DNA from: Basidiobolus ranarum
Lineage: Eukaryota
DNA: 37,901 bases
Direction of reading: 5' to 3'
NCBI GenBank assembly: GCA_040143965.1
Contig: JASJQH010006927.1
Location: 1-37,901, forward strand
Shown here piece after piece: positions 36,848 to 37,901 of this stretch (position 1 is its first letter; each line of letters starts with the position of its first letter). Under the pieces are notes generated by a model that worked only from the letters and a program-made list of their open reading frames with translations, was not told the origin of the DNA and did not search any database. A program made the translations under genes and the position numbers.

Positions 36848-37186
36848 TGTTAAAATTAGCATTGCCTAAACACCTATATAGTCATATATAGTTTAGTACT
36901 TAGTTATCTCTTAATTCACTAAGATATTATCCATTATTCTTAATTGGAATTTACTTAGAGTAGTTTTACCAACTTAGAAGATCCCTGATATAGAGCTTTT
37001 TCAAAGAAGCTCCCAACTTTGCACATATGTTCCTGGCACCTTCCTTAACACATTCTACATGTTAGTTTGTCTACATCAAAACAAAACTACAAATGTTAAC
37101 TTTCTATGTAATAAATCAATAAGTGAAAATCACCAATTTCTCTAATTCTCCAAACCACTTCCAACAGATTCCCAGATACTTTAACA
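36848..37186 (+). mobile_element. 5' LTR (339 bp) of a plus-strand copia element nested in the previous one
   Basis: TGTTAAAA...CTTTAACA termini. Homologous to the other LTR copies and followed directly by PBS and gag. Confidence 0.9.
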
Positions 37187-37200
37187 GGCTATGAGCCCTA
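37187..37200 (+). promoter_or_regulatory. Primer-binding site, copia (half-tRNAiMet) type
   Basis: GGCTATGAGCCCTA directly after the LTR, close to the GGTTATGGGCCCAG PBS of Drosophila copia-type elements. Confidence 0.75.
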
Positions 37201-37217
37201 AGCTTGCACTCTCTGTA

Positions 37218-37702
37218 ATGTCTACTTTGCAAATTTATGGAACATTTCCCTCTTCTGAAAAATTGGATAGAACAAATTATCAGGTTTAGAAAATTAAAAT
37301 GAAAATGCTGATACAAAAAAAAGAACTTTGGGACACTTTTGTAGGAGAGGAAAACAATGCAAAACTATTTGAAACCACAGTTTTATTCCAGGTTAAACAA
37401 GAACACAGTGCCTTTAACACAATTTGTCATAATGTTAAAGACAAATTGTTAATTCAATGTTCAGGAGCCAAAAGTGCCAAGAAGGTATGGAAAGCCATGG
37501 AAGACACCTACTAAGCAAGTCCTGCTGCCAACAAGATGTTTCTGAGAAGACAATTCTTTAACTTAAAGATGAAGCCAGAAGAATACAATAAATCACTAAT
37601 TTATAGTCACTGTTTTAGTGCATGAAATGGAATGCATTAGTGTATCTACTATTGATCAAGATATCATAGTTAAAGTCCTGAATAGCCTGCCACACAAGTT
37701 TC
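37218..37702 (+). pseudogene. Decayed copia gag N-terminus
   Basis: MSTLQIYG...EKLDRTNYQV*KIKMKMLIQKKELWD...SAKKVWKAMEDTY*...VLNSLPHKF. These are typical copia gag blocks with in-frame stops and a frameshift. Confidence 0.82.
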
Positions 37703-37822
37703 TGTTGGAGGATCTTGACATAATGGGGGTAGACTTTGAGTATTAGAAGCAACTTATGATAGTGTGTTTTAGTTGGTTTATTCTTAAGAGTATATGTGTT
37801 GAAATTATTTAGGGAGATATAT

Positions 37823-37895
37823 TGGTCTGGCCAAGATTTGAACCTGGGGCCTCCTTCACTCTAGCAAGGTGCTCTAACCACTGAGCTACCAGTCC
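37823..37895 (-). tRNA. tRNA-like sequence or pseudo-tRNA (anticodon position AGA), probably repeat-borne
   Basis: Minus strand: GGACTGG TA GCTC AGTGGTTA GAGC A CCTTG CTAGAGT GAAGG AGGCC CCAGG TTCAAAT CTTGG CCAGACC A (73 nt). A and B boxes are intact. There is an A:A mismatch in the acceptor stem and a G:G mismatch in the anticodon stem. Confidence 0.7.
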
Positions 37896-37901
37896 TTGTA
37901 T

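Noticed and set aside
37823..37895. Functional tRNA-Ser(AGA) gene
   Set aside because: No long variable arm, mismatches in the acceptor and anticodon stems, and a location within CpG-depleted transposon DNA. Kept only as tRNA-like.

Overview
Eukaryotic, intron-rich fungal genomic DNA. Short 50-130 nt GT-AG introns with CTAAC/CTGAC branch sites and the gene set suggest an early-diverging fungus (inference only). Eleven spliced protein genes can be assembled by hand: an ACU-type (Na/K-ATPase-like) P-type ATPase (-), listerin/LTN1 (+), a borealin/Nbl1-like protein (-), sorting nexin Vps5 (-), a ketohexokinase-like PfkB kinase (+), a small Ser/Thr-rich GPI-type protein (+), a full-length virilizer/VIRMA homologue (-), kinesin-10 KIF22/Kid (+), coatomer alpha (-), a stand-alone SRA1/Sec31-C-like protein (-) and a Tsp2-like tetraspanin (+). 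Both window ends hold remnants of one Ty1/copia family. The left end has a solo LTR and a short derivative. The right end has a nest: a minus-strand 3' end (RT/RNase H, PPT, LTR) interrupted by a plus-strand 5' end (LTR, PBS, gag), itself apparently cut by a third insertion carrying a tRNA-like cloverleaf. The most notable observations are a precise TTAA-to-TTAA inversion inside one LTR, an AGA-anticodon tRNA-like sequence without a serine variable arm, no CpG over the last ~1.65 kb, an animal/plant-sized VIRMA, a GC-AG intron and opposite-strand G-quadruplex motifs between convergent genes. No clearly new multi-gene system is demonstrable from the sequence alone.
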